A DNA stretch of 64,000 bases. Source: an uncultured Verrucomicrobiae bacterium (lineage in GTDB: Bacteria > Verrucomicrobiota > Verrucomicrobiia > Chthoniobacterales > UBA10450). The position numbers and the translations under genes are program-made. This document shows positions 20,613 through 30,470 of this stretch, in pieces; position 1 is the first letter of the stretch; every line of letters begins with the position of its first letter. Under the pieces are notes generated by a model that saw only the letters and a list, made by a program, of their open reading frames with translations, was not told the origin of the DNA and made no database searches. The DNA lies in the NCBI GenBank assembly GCA_963735805.1, contig CAVTMK010000002.1, forward strand, positions 1,280,001 to 1,344,000, read 5' to 3'.

Positions 20613-21733
20613 AATCGGGGCCGCTGAAAATTGGGATTGCATGTTTTCCGTTAATTGGCGGCAGCGGAATTTTGGCGACGGCTCTTGGATCAGAACTGGC
20701 GCGCCGCGGTCACGAAGTTTACCTGTTCAGCTATGCTCAGCCCGTTCGGCTGGACCTGCCGCAAGAGGGCCTTCATTTTCACCGAATCGAATTTGCGGAC
20801 AACGCCTTGTTTCCATGTCCGGACTACACTTTGCCGCTCGCGGTGAAAATGGCGGAAGTGGCGCGTTCCCACCAACTCGACCTTTTTCATGTTCATTACG
20901 CGGTACCACACGCATTGGCTGCTTGTTTGGCCTCGCAGATCGTCGGACCGTCAGCTCCGCGTATCGTCACGACTTTGCACGGAAGCGATACCACTCTGCT
21001 GGGGCAGGATCCTGACTACCGCACCGCCATCGAGCATGCCCTTGTGCATTCCGATGCGGTAACGGCAGTTTCAGAAGATCTTCGGAATCAAACGCAGGAA
21101 ACTTTTTCTTTGAAACGACCGATTGAAGTGATTCCAAATTTCTTCACTCCTAATAAACCGAAGAGAAGTCGCGAGGAAGTTCGACACAATCTGGGCGTTA
21201 CCGACAAATTTCTTGCGGTACACATGTCGAATTTGCGACCCGTAAAGCGGATCGACCTTTTATTGCGCACGATTGCCATGTCACGGAACCGATCGCGCCT
21301 TCGTTTACTAATTCTAGCGGGCGACCCTTTTGATCCGTATGAGCCATTGCTCGATGAATTGGGAGTCCGCGAGAGCGTTATTATTCGCCAGAATATGGCC
21401 GTGGTGGAGGAGTATTTGGAGGCCGCGGACGCGGGACTGTACACATCCGAATACGAAAGCTTTGGTCTGAGCATTCTTGAAACGGCATTTCATGGTAAGC
21501 CTGTTGTAGCCTTTCGCGTGGGCGGTATTCCGGAAGTTTTAGGCGGCGCTTATCCCCTATATCCTTTCGGCGATGTAACCGCGGCTGCTTCTGCTTTGGA
21601 CGCGTTGATAGAATCGCCGAAATTGGCCCGCGAACTCGGTGAACAGAGTCGCGCTCGCGCGCGCGAAAGGTTCTCAGCAGATCGCGTTGTTCCTCAATAC
21701 GAAGCGTTGTATCGCCGTATGGTTGCCGGCTAA
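20609..21733 (+). CDS. bshA: N-acetyl-alpha-D-glucosaminyl L-malate synthase BshA (GT4)
   Basis: KIGIACFPLIGGSGILATALG, HVHYAVPHA, TTLHGSD, SNLRPVKR and ESFGLSILE match BshA. Confidence 0.88.
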   Translation: MKSGPLKIGIACFPLIGGSGILATALGSELARRGHEVYLFSYAQPVRLDLPQEGLHFHRIEFADNALFPCPDYTLPLAVKMAEVARSHQLDLFHVHYAVPHALAACLASQIVGPSAPRIVTTLHGSDTTLLGQDPDYRTAIEHALVHSDAVTAVSEDLRNQTQETFSLKRPIEVIPNFFTPNKPKRSREEVRHNLGVTDKFLAVHMSNLRPVKRIDLLLRTIAMSRNRSRLRLLILAGDPFDPYEPLLDELGVRESVIIRQNMAVVEEYLEAADAGLYTSEYESFGLSILETAFHGKPVVAFRVGGIPEVLGGAYPLYPFGDVTAAASALDALIESPKLARELGEQSRARARERFSADRVVPQYEALYRRMVAG

Positions 21734-21793
21734 AAGCGTCACCGTAAAACTACGTTATTGCCAGTCTGAAACGCGGCGGACGCGACTTTTTGC

Positions 21794-22327
21794 CTAAGGC
21801 TTTACCACCACTGGTGTCCCTATGTGAGCGGCGTCATAGAACTGACGCGCTTTCCAATAAGGCATTCTAATGCATCCGTGCGATGCAGGCTCCCCTGGCA
21901 GGTAGCCTTGATGCAATCCGTAGCCCGGCGAAAACTCAAGAAAGTAGGGCATCGGGGCGCCGATGAAGTGAGTATGGGGTGGTTTGCTGTCACGCCTACT
22001 GTCGACATTGGGTTTCACGATTCGCCCGGAGTTATCGACGTAGTCACCATAAACACTGGAACGATGACCTTCGTCCTTGCGAATGACTTGGAAGCGACCT
22101 GTCGGTGTGCGATATCCTTCGCGACCACTGGATATGCGGGACGACGCGGTCATATATCCAGCGCGGTAGATATAAGCTTCCTGTTTCCGCAAGCTAACGA
22201 CGATCGTTGGACGGCCAGAATGACTCTCCGGCAGCTTCGATGTGACCAGGTCGGTCATGGTGCTGCAGCTGCTCAAAATCATGAGGGTCGCGGCGAGCGT
22301 ACAAAATCGTGATAGTCGGTTCATCAT
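21794..22327 (-). CDS. L,D-transpeptidase family lipoprotein
   Basis: LSSC lipobox, SSGREGYRTPTG, MPYF, LHQG...ASHGCIRM catalytic motif. Confidence 0.92.
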   Translation of the reverse strand: MMNRLSRFCTLAATLMILSSCSTMTDLVTSKLPESHSGRPTIVVSLRKQEAYIYRAGYMTASSRISSGREGYRTPTGRFQVIRKDEGHRSSVYGDYVDNSGRIVKPNVDSRRDSKPPHTHFIGAPMPYFLEFSPGYGLHQGYLPGEPASHGCIRMPYWKARQFYDAAHIGTPVVVKP

Positions 22328-22449
22328 CGGTTATTCTCCTCGGCCGCGACTAAGCAGGAACGCGATCAGTCGCACATGACTTCAAATCGCATTTGGCAGA
22401 GCAAATGGCTCCCAAGGAGTTCTGTGGTTAATCGGTGGCCGTGAGATCC

Positions 22450-23643
22450 TTATTGCGTCGTTTGATCACGCTCACCTTGGAAACGCGCAACGTCTGCGCC
22501 GGTTCCCACAGATATCTCCGGTCGCCACCGAAATTTTTCCAAAATCGGATTGGATTTCTCTTCGACTGCATCGGCAATAATTTCGCCCAGCACCGGGGCA
22601 AATTTAAATCCGTGTCCGCAATCACCTGCGGCGATCACAAGTCCTTCGCGGTCCCGATCGCGCGCAATCCAAAAATTTCCGTCATGCGTATCGCAGTACA
22701 TGCAGACTCGTGTGTAAACAATTGGAGCTTGGGCGAGCGCAGGGAATGCCCACGATAGAAAGGTGCGCAGTTTTCCTTCGTCTTCAGAAGTGACCGCGCG
22801 TTGCGGAGATTCGGGAGACATCTCGCGTCCCGGTCCATGGTTAGCGATTTTCACGAAACCATCACGATTGAGCGGAAATCCGTAATAACCTGTCGTTGTG
22901 ATATCCGCACCAAAAACCGGGAATCGCTCAGGTGCAAAAAGGTCGGGTCGCGACGGTTTCAGGTGGAACACCGGCTGGCCGCTGGCGCGAAAGAATTTCT
23001 TCGTGAACGGCAGCAAATACGGGGTCCACGCACCGATCGCCATCACAACGGAGTCACCCGCAATGCGCTCTCCGTTGTCGAACAGGACTCCCTTCACCCG
23101 ACCATGACGTTCGTCTAATTGAGAAAATCTGGAGTTTTGACGTAGCTCGACGCCGGCGGCCTTCGCGCGCGCAACCAGCGCTGCAACGACGCGTCCGCTC
23201 TCCGCGTAACCCGCTTCGAGCTCCAGCACGCCATCTTGGAACAATTCAGGATTCCAAGCCGGGAACCGTTTCCACAGTCGTGCTGAGTTCATGCGCTCAA
23301 TTCTCTGTCCGCGCTGTTCCAGTGTTTTGAAACTTTCGTATTCAAAATCGCCGGGTTGCATCTCCCGACGGCGCACGAACATCACGCCAGTTTCGTGATA
23401 CAACTCAATGCCGAATTCTTCGTTCCAGTCGCGCCAGAGTTTGATGGAGCGTTCTGCCAGCTCCGTGTAGTCTTCGTCCGAGCCATAAGCTGCGCGCACG
23501 GCTTTGCTGATATCGGTGGATGCCGCGAGCGGATGCGGCAGCGGCCCCGGGTCGACCAGGATGACTCCGTGGCCGCGTTTCTTTAGCTCGATCGCGGCGG
23601 TAACGCCATTAATTCCCGCCCCAACAACGACAACTTTCGACAT
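22450..23643 (-). CDS. FAD-dependent amino-acid oxidase (sarcosine/fructosyl-amine oxidase-like)
   Basis: VVVVGAGING dinucleotide fold, ASTDISK, CMYCDT, GHGFKFAPVLG. Confidence 0.87.
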   Translation of the reverse strand: MSKVVVVGAGINGVTAAIELKKRGHGVILVDPGPLPHPLAASTDISKAVRAAYGSDEDYTELAERSIKLWRDWNEEFGIELYHETGVMFVRRREMQPGDFEYESFKTLEQRGQRIERMNSARLWKRFPAWNPELFQDGVLELEAGYAESGRVVAALVARAKAAGVELRQNSRFSQLDERHGRVKGVLFDNGERIAGDSVVMAIGAWTPYLLPFTKKFFRASGQPVFHLKPSRPDLFAPERFPVFGADITTTGYYGFPLNRDGFVKIANHGPGREMSPESPQRAVTSEDEGKLRTFLSWAFPALAQAPIVYTRVCMYCDTHDGNFWIARDRDREGLVIAAGDCGHGFKFAPVLGEIIADAVEEKSNPILEKFRWRPEISVGTGADVARFQGERDQTTQ

Positions 23644-23661
23644 GTTTCGAACGCTTCCGGA

Positions 23662-23802
23662 GGTGGATCGGCTTCTCCGAAGACGATGCTAGAACGGATC
23701 GCCGAAGGTGCAAGATGATATCCTAAAGATTTCGCACAAAGAGAGTCTCGTCGCCGCAAGCGCATTCATTTTACCAACGCGTTGAGGACAGCGCGTTCCA
23801 CC
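23662..23802. repeat. Pair of inverted GGTGGA-ended REP-like palindromes
   Basis: GGTGGATCGGCTTCTCCGAAGACGATG at 23662 and CAACGCGTTGAGGACAGCGCGTTCCACC ending at 23802. Confidence 0.55.
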
Positions 23803-23876
23803 TTTGCGGATAGTCCTCGCTCCAGGCGCCGATGCTGTTTTTGTGGTAACGCGAAGCACGCATGCCTCCGCTTGTG

Positions 23877-25139
23877 TTAAGCCGTCATTCCCAACGCCTG
23901 TTCCCGCTCGAGCACGGTCGGATGCGAGTAATAAAAGGCGCTGTAAAGCCGATGCGGTGTGAGATTGCTAAGATTTTTTTCGCTCAGTTTGCGTAGCGCC
24001 TGAATCAGTGACTGTGTCTCTCCCATGTTCGCACGGGCAAATGCATCTGCTTCATATTCAAAACGACGCGACCAACTGTGAGTGAGAGGTGAAACCCAGA
24101 AAGTTACGGTCCCCGCCAGCAGCGCAAATATCAGCATCGCAGGAAGGACATTCGCGGAGGCGAAGCCCGCGTGATGCTGGAAACCAAACGCACGATAAAA
24201 CCACTGCTGACGCGCCAGCCACGCGATCGTGGCGAACGCCACAAACATACCAGCGATGGAAACGCTGAGCATCTTAACTATGTGATGCTTCTTGTAGTGG
24301 CCGATTTCGTGCGCAAGGACGGCTTCCAATTCCGGCTCCGTGAGCTGCGTGATCAGTGTATCGAACAGGACGACCTTTCGAAAGCGTCCGAGCCCGGTGA
24401 AGAAGGCATTGGAGTGGCGTGAGCGTTTACTGCCATCCATCACATCGATGTTGCGTGTGGGGAAACGAGTGCGGCGTGCCAGTGCAAACAGCCGCTCGCG
24501 CAACGTTCCTTCCGGCAGAGGTGTGAACTTGTTGAAAAGGGGCATGATTAGCGCCGGCGCAATCAGCAGCAGAAGCAATTGAAAGGCGACAACAACGGCT
24601 GCGGCCCAAATCCACCAGTTTGCGCCAGTCCACTCGATTAGTTTCAACACCAGCGCAAGCAGTGGATAGCCGAGCAATACCGCGAGCAAAAATCCTTTAA
24701 CACGATCGATGATCCATGTCTTGATTGTCGTGGTGTTGAAACCGAATCGTTGTTCGAGTTTGAATTGGGCATACCAGGCAAAAGGCAATGCGGAGACGCT
24801 CAACGCGATCCCTGTAAAAAAGAGGAAACCAGCCATTGCCCAGATCGAAGTGCCAAAGGTAGCTATGAATTTCGCAAACCCCCAGGGCAATAGGCCGCTA
24901 AAAAGCAACGCAATGAGCACCACGGCACTGAACACGTCCGTGAGATCTTCGAAGCGGCTCTTAGCCAGCGTATAATCGACCGATCGCCGATACGTCGCTT
25001 CGTCAGTGATTCCGCGAAATGCGGTTGGAACTTCATGGGCGTGTGCGCGCACATGACGTTGGTTCAGTCGACTCAACCACAGCTCAGTGGTTGCGCGCCC
25101 GAGAATCAGAATCAAAGCGACGATGGCAAATGGCGGCAT
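23877..25139 (-). CDS. M48 family metallopeptidase (Ste24-like)
   Basis: Multi-TM; DGSKRSRHSNAFFTG, HEIGH zinc motif, EYEAD, YSHP. Confidence 0.94.
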   Translation of the reverse strand: MPPFAIVALILILGRATTELWLSRLNQRHVRAHAHEVPTAFRGITDEATYRRSVDYTLAKSRFEDLTDVFSAVVLIALLFSGLLPWGFAKFIATFGTSIWAMAGFLFFTGIALSVSALPFAWYAQFKLEQRFGFNTTTIKTWIIDRVKGFLLAVLLGYPLLALVLKLIEWTGANWWIWAAAVVVAFQLLLLLIAPALIMPLFNKFTPLPEGTLRERLFALARRTRFPTRNIDVMDGSKRSRHSNAFFTGLGRFRKVVLFDTLITQLTEPELEAVLAHEIGHYKKHHIVKMLSVSIAGMFVAFATIAWLARQQWFYRAFGFQHHAGFASANVLPAMLIFALLAGTVTFWVSPLTHSWSRRFEYEADAFARANMGETQSLIQALRKLSEKNLSNLTPHRLYSAFYYSHPTVLEREQALGMTA

Positions 25140-25166
25140 GAAAGAAATGCGCTTCTGCTCCTCTGG

Positions 25167-26633
25167 TCATCGGTTCGCGAAGAGCTTCCGATAATAGCGA
25201 TACCAATCACTCTGAAAACGTTCGGTCGGATCATACTTTCCTTTCAAATCGAGGAATTGTTTGAACTGCGGATAGCACGCCATGATCTGTTCCGGTTTCG
25301 CAAATCTGTGGTAGGTCAGATAATAACTTCCGCCGCGGACTATCGCCAAATCAATCAGACCGCGAAAGGAGCGCGCGGAAGCTTCAATGCCTGCCGGTGT
25401 GTGGAGCGTGAGCAAGTTAAAGATGATGCATGCATACGGTTCTTTGGCCCAGGCCAGGAAGCTCTCATTGTCTTTTTCGATCACGCGGACCGTACCATAG
25501 ATAACAATTGTTCGATTCGAGCGCAGAAGTTCTGCTGCTTGCCTCAAAAAGTCAGGGAGGTCTCGCCGCGGGACGTAAATCTCGGTGATGATAAGGCTCG
25601 ATTCTTCTCCTCCAATTTGATCGTGAATCTTCTGCGCATAATTCGGCAGATAAGCGCTAAGTTGATTTGTGTCGGACCAGTAAGTCTGGCCATTTGTCGA
25701 TAAATAGTAATCGCAGTAGCGTTTGAAAGCCTTCTCCCGGTCGGTATAAGCCAGTCGCAAAAGCTCCAGCCAATCGTCGTCGCGCAACTCCTTTCTAGCG
25801 ACAATCGGTTCGTGTTCGCCGATCGGTTTGTAGCAGGAAAACACGCCGTGCTGGAGAAAGTCTGGTGATTTTTCGTCGACGGAAAACTGAAAATCTCCAT
25901 AAAGAAACGCTTCCGCTATTCGTTCCTCAAAACGGCTGGGTAAATCACTCGCGGAAATTATCTCGACCACACGCCGCAATTTTTGCCGCGGAACCAGGCG
26001 AAGGGTTACACTGCTGATTAATCCAAAAAGACCGTAGCCGCCGATTGCGAGACGGAATAATTCGTAATTTTCAGAGCGTGAGCAACGGATCGATTTCCCG
26101 TCTGCGTTAATCAGGGTGAATGACTCAACGTTGGAAATAAGCGGCTTCATCGCCAACCCGCGCCCATGCACGTTCGAGGAAAGGCTCCCACCCAGCGTGA
26201 ACGTGTCCGCGCCGGTTTGTTTTTGCGCGATGCCCCATTGTCTTTCGCTATTCGCTTGAGCGTCCAGATAAGTGTGAATCAATTTTGGCCATTGGATGCC
26301 AGCTTCCGCTTCGAGTAAACCGTGCTCCTGATCGAAAGAAATCACGCGATCCAGCGAACGCGTATCGACGCAAATGCTGTCTGTAGCGAATTGCTGGCCG
26401 CCCATCGAATGCCGACAACCCGAGACGGAAATGGGTAACGCTTTTTGCGACGCAGAACGCACGATTCCCGCAAGTTCGTCTCGGGTATGCGGCGTCAGAA
26501 GCTCGCGAACCCGGGTACGATTGAGCTGTGAATGGACGTCATTGACCCAAATCGCCCGTTCGGGTTCTGCTAAAATGCGTGGCGCAAGCGCGAAGAGCGC
26601 TGCAGTGCGTATGAATTCACGCCGGGTAAGCAC
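25167..26633 (-). CDS. Tat-exported FAD-binding oxidoreductase (VAO/PCMH type)
   Basis: TRREF Tat motif, GCRHSMGGQ, GGSLSSNVHGR, GGYGLFG, YDPTERFQS. Confidence 0.87.
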   Translation of the reverse strand: MLTRREFIRTAALFALAPRILAEPERAIWVNDVHSQLNRTRVRELLTPHTRDELAGIVRSASQKALPISVSGCRHSMGGQQFATDSICVDTRSLDRVISFDQEHGLLEAEAGIQWPKLIHTYLDAQANSERQWGIAQKQTGADTFTLGGSLSSNVHGRGLAMKPLISNVESFTLINADGKSIRCSRSENYELFRLAIGGYGLFGLISSVTLRLVPRQKLRRVVEIISASDLPSRFEERIAEAFLYGDFQFSVDEKSPDFLQHGVFSCYKPIGEHEPIVARKELRDDDWLELLRLAYTDREKAFKRYCDYYLSTNGQTYWSDTNQLSAYLPNYAQKIHDQIGGEESSLIITEIYVPRRDLPDFLRQAAELLRSNRTIVIYGTVRVIEKDNESFLAWAKEPYACIIFNLLTLHTPAGIEASARSFRGLIDLAIVRGGSYYLTYHRFAKPEQIMACYPQFKQFLDLKGKYDPTERFQSDWYRYYRKLFANR

Positions 26634-26744
26634 GCGAAAATATAGCGAGTCTGGTTAACCCTCAGCGAGGCAAATTACCTCGCCCCTGGCGATAGGTTTG
26701 TCGGCTAATCGAGGCGTTTTATACGTAGGACGCCTGGACGGCTT

Positions 26745-28472
26745 TTACTCGCGAGCGCTGACTTTATTTGGACCCGTTGGTTTAGCTTCGGCGGAAAGAA
26801 ATTCGCGAACGTGATTCAATTCGTCCCTCGAACCGGTGGCATTTTTCGTTTGCGCGGCCAGCTTCGCGTAATAGCGGCCAGCGTTATCCTTGTCACCAGA
26901 TTGTTCCGCCGCTCGTGCCGCTCCATATAATCCTCTGAAGCGTCCCGGGTAGATTTTGAGAGCAGCTTCGAATTCTCGCTGTGCTTCGTTCGGCTGGCCG
27001 ACTTCAAGCAGCAGGCCGCCGAGTTGCTCACGTATCGGAACAAACGCACCCGGTGAAACCGGATGCTTGCCCAGTATGTCTTCCGCATCCGCAGCACGTC
27101 GCAGCATTTCAACCGCTTCGTTCTTCTTTCCCTCGGCGGCTGCTACCCAGGCGGAAGCGGCCTGCATCTGCAGGTCGAGATGTTTTTTGAAATAGTCGAA
27201 CTTGGGATCCTTCGTCGCGTCGCGTAATTGTCCCATCCGCGCGATTGCTTTCCGCGCGCCTTCAACATCGCCCGTATGCGCGCGCCCGAGCGCGTGACCG
27301 TATTCGATGAGAGCTTCCATGAATGGAAACGAAGACCAGTGCGGAAGATTTGGAACAGTCAATTTCGCCGCGGCCGGCCAATCATTCCGCTCAAAAGCGT
27401 AACGTGTCGGAATAGCTGCCAATGCATAGGCCGCGCTAAATTCCAGTGGCGGATTTGTCTTCCGCACCTTGGCTGCAAGGTCGACAATCCGTTTTGCCTC
27501 AGTGTCCTGCGCCTCCTGCAAGTAAGAGTACGCCATGTAATCGAGCGCATGCAATTCTTCGGCTTCCGTGGCATCGCGATGGCGCATGGCCGCGTAGGCG
27601 CGCGAAGCCTCGGCCGAAGCTCCATTCGCGGCGATGGACTCATCCCACATCCCGAGGCGCGTGAAGATGTGAGATGGCATGTGCAACGCATGAGGCACCC
27701 ACGGAGCGATCGAGGCATAACTCTGCGCAGCGGACAGCCCCCGTTGAGCGAGCGCGGGATAGTCGTAGCAATGGATCAGGTAATGAACGACCCCCGGATG
27801 GCTCGGGTTTTGTTTCCGCAGATTCTCCAGAATCGCAGCCGCCTCGAGTTGTTTTGACAAGCTTGTGTCGTTAGGCGTGGCGTAACCGACAGCGAGGACC
27901 GCGAAGGCATAGAAAGTTTGCACCTCGAAATCGTCAGGATACTTGTCGCGTAATTGATGCATCGCCTTTTCGTACGCGATCACACGGTCGCGCGGTCCGA
28001 CCGGTCCATGACAGGATTGTCCAACCGCGTCTGCCCTCGAACCGTCGGGCGTATTGTAGTAAATATCGAGCGCCGTAATGAATCCCCGTTCCCGGTCCGT
28101 TCCGGAACTCATCGCCACGGCTTTTTCAATTGCCGTTTTACCGGCGCTCATTTCATCCGGAGTGGGAGGTGTCCAAATTGGATGCCACCATGTCATGGCG
28201 ATGCCCCACTGGGCCATCGCGCATTTTGGATCGCGTTCGGCCACCGAAGTGAATACACGTCGCGCCTCTTCGTAGAAAAACGAATGCAACAACGCCACGC
28301 CACGCGAGAAGTCGGATTGGACAGAAGGCTCGCACGATATCGGGAACGCAACTCTTCCGGCCGCGCGCAGATCGCCGGGCTCGGGAACGGCTGCGCTTTC
28401 CACGTGACGTGCGGTGAGACTGCCGGCCAGTCCAATCAGAAGAAGTACGCGAGGGGAAAAGAAACGCGCCAT
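26745..28472 (-). CDS. Secreted TPR-repeat protein
   Basis: Signal peptide from ATG 28472; FPISC, GVALLHSF, HPGVVHYLIH, HALHMPSHIF; helical repeats. Confidence 0.8.
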   Translation of the reverse strand: MARFFSPRVLLLIGLAGSLTARHVESAAVPEPGDLRAAGRVAFPISCEPSVQSDFSRGVALLHSFFYEEARRVFTSVAERDPKCAMAQWGIAMTWWHPIWTPPTPDEMSAGKTAIEKAVAMSSGTDRERGFITALDIYYNTPDGSRADAVGQSCHGPVGPRDRVIAYEKAMHQLRDKYPDDFEVQTFYAFAVLAVGYATPNDTSLSKQLEAAAILENLRKQNPSHPGVVHYLIHCYDYPALAQRGLSAAQSYASIAPWVPHALHMPSHIFTRLGMWDESIAANGASAEASRAYAAMRHRDATEAEELHALDYMAYSYLQEAQDTEAKRIVDLAAKVRKTNPPLEFSAAYALAAIPTRYAFERNDWPAAAKLTVPNLPHWSSFPFMEALIEYGHALGRAHTGDVEGARKAIARMGQLRDATKDPKFDYFKKHLDLQMQAASAWVAAAEGKKNEAVEMLRRAADAEDILGKHPVSPGAFVPIREQLGGLLLEVGQPNEAQREFEAALKIYPGRFRGLYGAARAAEQSGDKDNAGRYYAKLAAQTKNATGSRDELNHVREFLSAEAKPTGPNKVSARE

Positions 28473-28494
28473 TTTCGAGGCTACACAACCGCGG

Positions 28495-29490
28495 CTACGC
28501 CGCAAATTCGAAAATAATCTTGCCACTGCGTTGCCCCCGCGCTGCGTGGGCAACTGCCGTTTTTGCTTCGTTCAGTGGATAAGCTTTCTCCACTTTCGTT
28601 TGTAGCAGACCGTGTTTCGCCATCTCGAATAAATGGTGAAACGCTTCCATTCGCTGAGCGGGCGTCGCGCTGTCGTACCATTTATTAATCCAAATACCCC
28701 GGAAGCGGAGATCTTTGAAAATGAGCAGGCCATTCGGGATTTTCAGCGGCTGCAAACTCATTGCCCCGTAAGTCACCAGCGTTGCTCCCGGAGCGAGACA
28801 ATTTGCCAGGCGCAGTGCACTTTCGCCACCGACAGCGTTCAATCCCAGACGAATTGGCGCGCTGCCAATAGCATCTTCCACTTCGCGGCGAAGATTTTCG
28901 CTATCGACCAGGACAACATCACCACCATCCGCTCGCAGTTCATCGACTAATTCCGATCGTCGGACCACATTCACGGTCTTGTAGCCAAGCGCGTGCCCGA
29001 TTTGGATGACCGCGCGTCCTGCGGCCGAATTCGCAGCGTTCTGAATCAGCCAGTTGCCCCGTTCAAGGTTCACGTAATCGTGCAGCAAGCGCCACGCCGT
29101 CATTGGATTGATTTTTAACATGGCCGCGTGCACAGGCGTGATTCCCGCAGGGACCACAACCAATTCGTCGGCTTTCACGGCAACAGCGTCGCGCCATGTG
29201 CCAACGTTATGCGGTAAAATCACCAGAGCGCCACTGGTTAGGCCATTTACGTTTACGCCGACATCTACAACGATTCCTGCGCCTTCGAATCCGGGCGTCG
29301 CGGGCAGCTCTGCACGCACCGGATATTTTCCTTCGATCTGATTCAAATCGGCAGGGTTGATGGGCGCTGCGCTCATTTTCACGATAACTTCGCCAGCCGC
29401 CGTTGTTGGCCATGGTTGTGATTCGACGTGTAAGACGTCCGCCGGATTTCCGTGCGTTTCGTACACGGCTGCGTTTATAGTTTTCATCAT
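28495..29490 (-). CDS. 2-enoyl thioester reductase (MECR/Etr1-like MDR family)
   Basis: APINPADLNQIEGKY, PGFEG, INPMTAW, QNAANSAAG, TYGAMS. Confidence 0.88.
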   Translation of the reverse strand: MMKTINAAVYETHGNPADVLHVESQPWPTTAAGEVIVKMSAAPINPADLNQIEGKYPVRAELPATPGFEGAGIVVDVGVNVNGLTSGALVILPHNVGTWRDAVAVKADELVVVPAGITPVHAAMLKINPMTAWRLLHDYVNLERGNWLIQNAANSAAGRAVIQIGHALGYKTVNVVRRSELVDELRADGGDVVLVDSENLRREVEDAIGSAPIRLGLNAVGGESALRLANCLAPGATLVTYGAMSLQPLKIPNGLLIFKDLRFRGIWINKWYDSATPAQRMEAFHHLFEMAKHGLLQTKVEKAYPLNEAKTAVAHAARGQRSGKIIFEFAA

Positions 29491-29554
29491 GTCCTCGTCC
29501 CAGAATCCTCACGCCTCTGCAGACGATCTGCAAACACGCCGGGCGCCTGGCGGA

Positions 29555-30430
29555 ATGACTTTGGCTGCGTTGCAGACTGGTGCACGGGTTGCGCTTTTCG
29601 GAATGATCGTGAATTCGATTTTTGCGACGGCGAAAATTCTCGGTGGATTCTTTGGTCACGCTTACGTGCTTATAGCTGATGGAATTGAGTCTGGCCTCGA
29701 TATCGCGGGCTCCTTTGTCATCTGGAGTGGGCTGAAAGTTGCGGCGCGGCCGCCTGATGCTTCTCATCCTTACGGTCACGGGAAAGCAGAACCGATAGCC
29801 GCTGTGATTGTTGGCGCCGGGGTCCTGGCGGCTGCAGTGGGGCTCGCTATTCAAAGCGTGCGCGAGATCTTTCTACCACATCACGCGCCGGCGCCTTTTA
29901 CGCTGGGGATTTTGATCGTTGTGATCGTCATCAAGGAAACTTTGTTTCGTTATGCCAACCGGATCGGCCGCAAGGTCGAAAGTACAGCCGTGCAAACAGA
30001 TGCCTGGCACCATCGCAGCGATGCGCTCACTTCCGCAGCTGCATTTATTGGTATTTCAGTGGCTTTGATAGGAGGCCAGCGATGGCGGAGTGCGGACGAC
30101 TGGGCTGCTATTTTCGCCTGTGTGGTGATCGCGGTAAATGGCGTCAGGCTGTTGCGCCCGGCGTTTTACGAAATCATGGACACCGCGCCGGGAAAAATCG
30201 TCAAGTCCGTTTGCTCGGTTGCCAGCACAGTCCCCGGCGTCATTGAGGTTGAGAAATGCCGCGCTCGTAAGATGGGCTTGGATTACTATGTCGATCTGCA
30301 CGTCGGAGTGGATGGCAAGATTTCCGTGCACGACGGCCACGAGATCGCGCATCGAGTAAAAAACGCCATTCAACAAAACGATTCACGCATTGCTGATGTG
30401 TTAGTTCACATCGAGCCGGCAAGACTCTAG
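29555..30430 (+). CDS. Cation diffusion facilitator metal transporter
   Basis: LIADGIES, PPDASHPYGHGKAE, DAWHHRSD, VLVHIEP; start uncertain (29489 or 29555). Confidence 0.9.
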   Translation: MTLAALQTGARVALFGMIVNSIFATAKILGGFFGHAYVLIADGIESGLDIAGSFVIWSGLKVAARPPDASHPYGHGKAEPIAAVIVGAGVLAAAVGLAIQSVREIFLPHHAPAPFTLGILIVVIVIKETLFRYANRIGRKVESTAVQTDAWHHRSDALTSAAAFIGISVALIGGQRWRSADDWAAIFACVVIAVNGVRLLRPAFYEIMDTAPGKIVKSVCSVASTVPGVIEVEKCRARKMGLDYYVDLHVGVDGKISVHDGHEIAHRVKNAIQQNDSRIADVLVHIEPARL

Positions 30431-30470
30431 CCGCCGCGCTGTGTCGCGGCGCGGCACGGCGACGCAGCTA
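30428..30470. repeat. GTAG-type palindrome between convergent genes
   Basis: TAGCCGCCGCGCTGTGTCGCGGCGCGGCACGGCGACGCAGCTA; its two ends coincide with the stop codons of both genes. Confidence 0.55.

Noticed and set aside
29485..29491. Head-to-head overlap of start codons (CATCATG) of the enoyl reductase and CDF genes
   Set aside because: An in-frame ATG at 29555, just before the first TM helix, is a more plausible CDF start and leaves a normal divergent gap.
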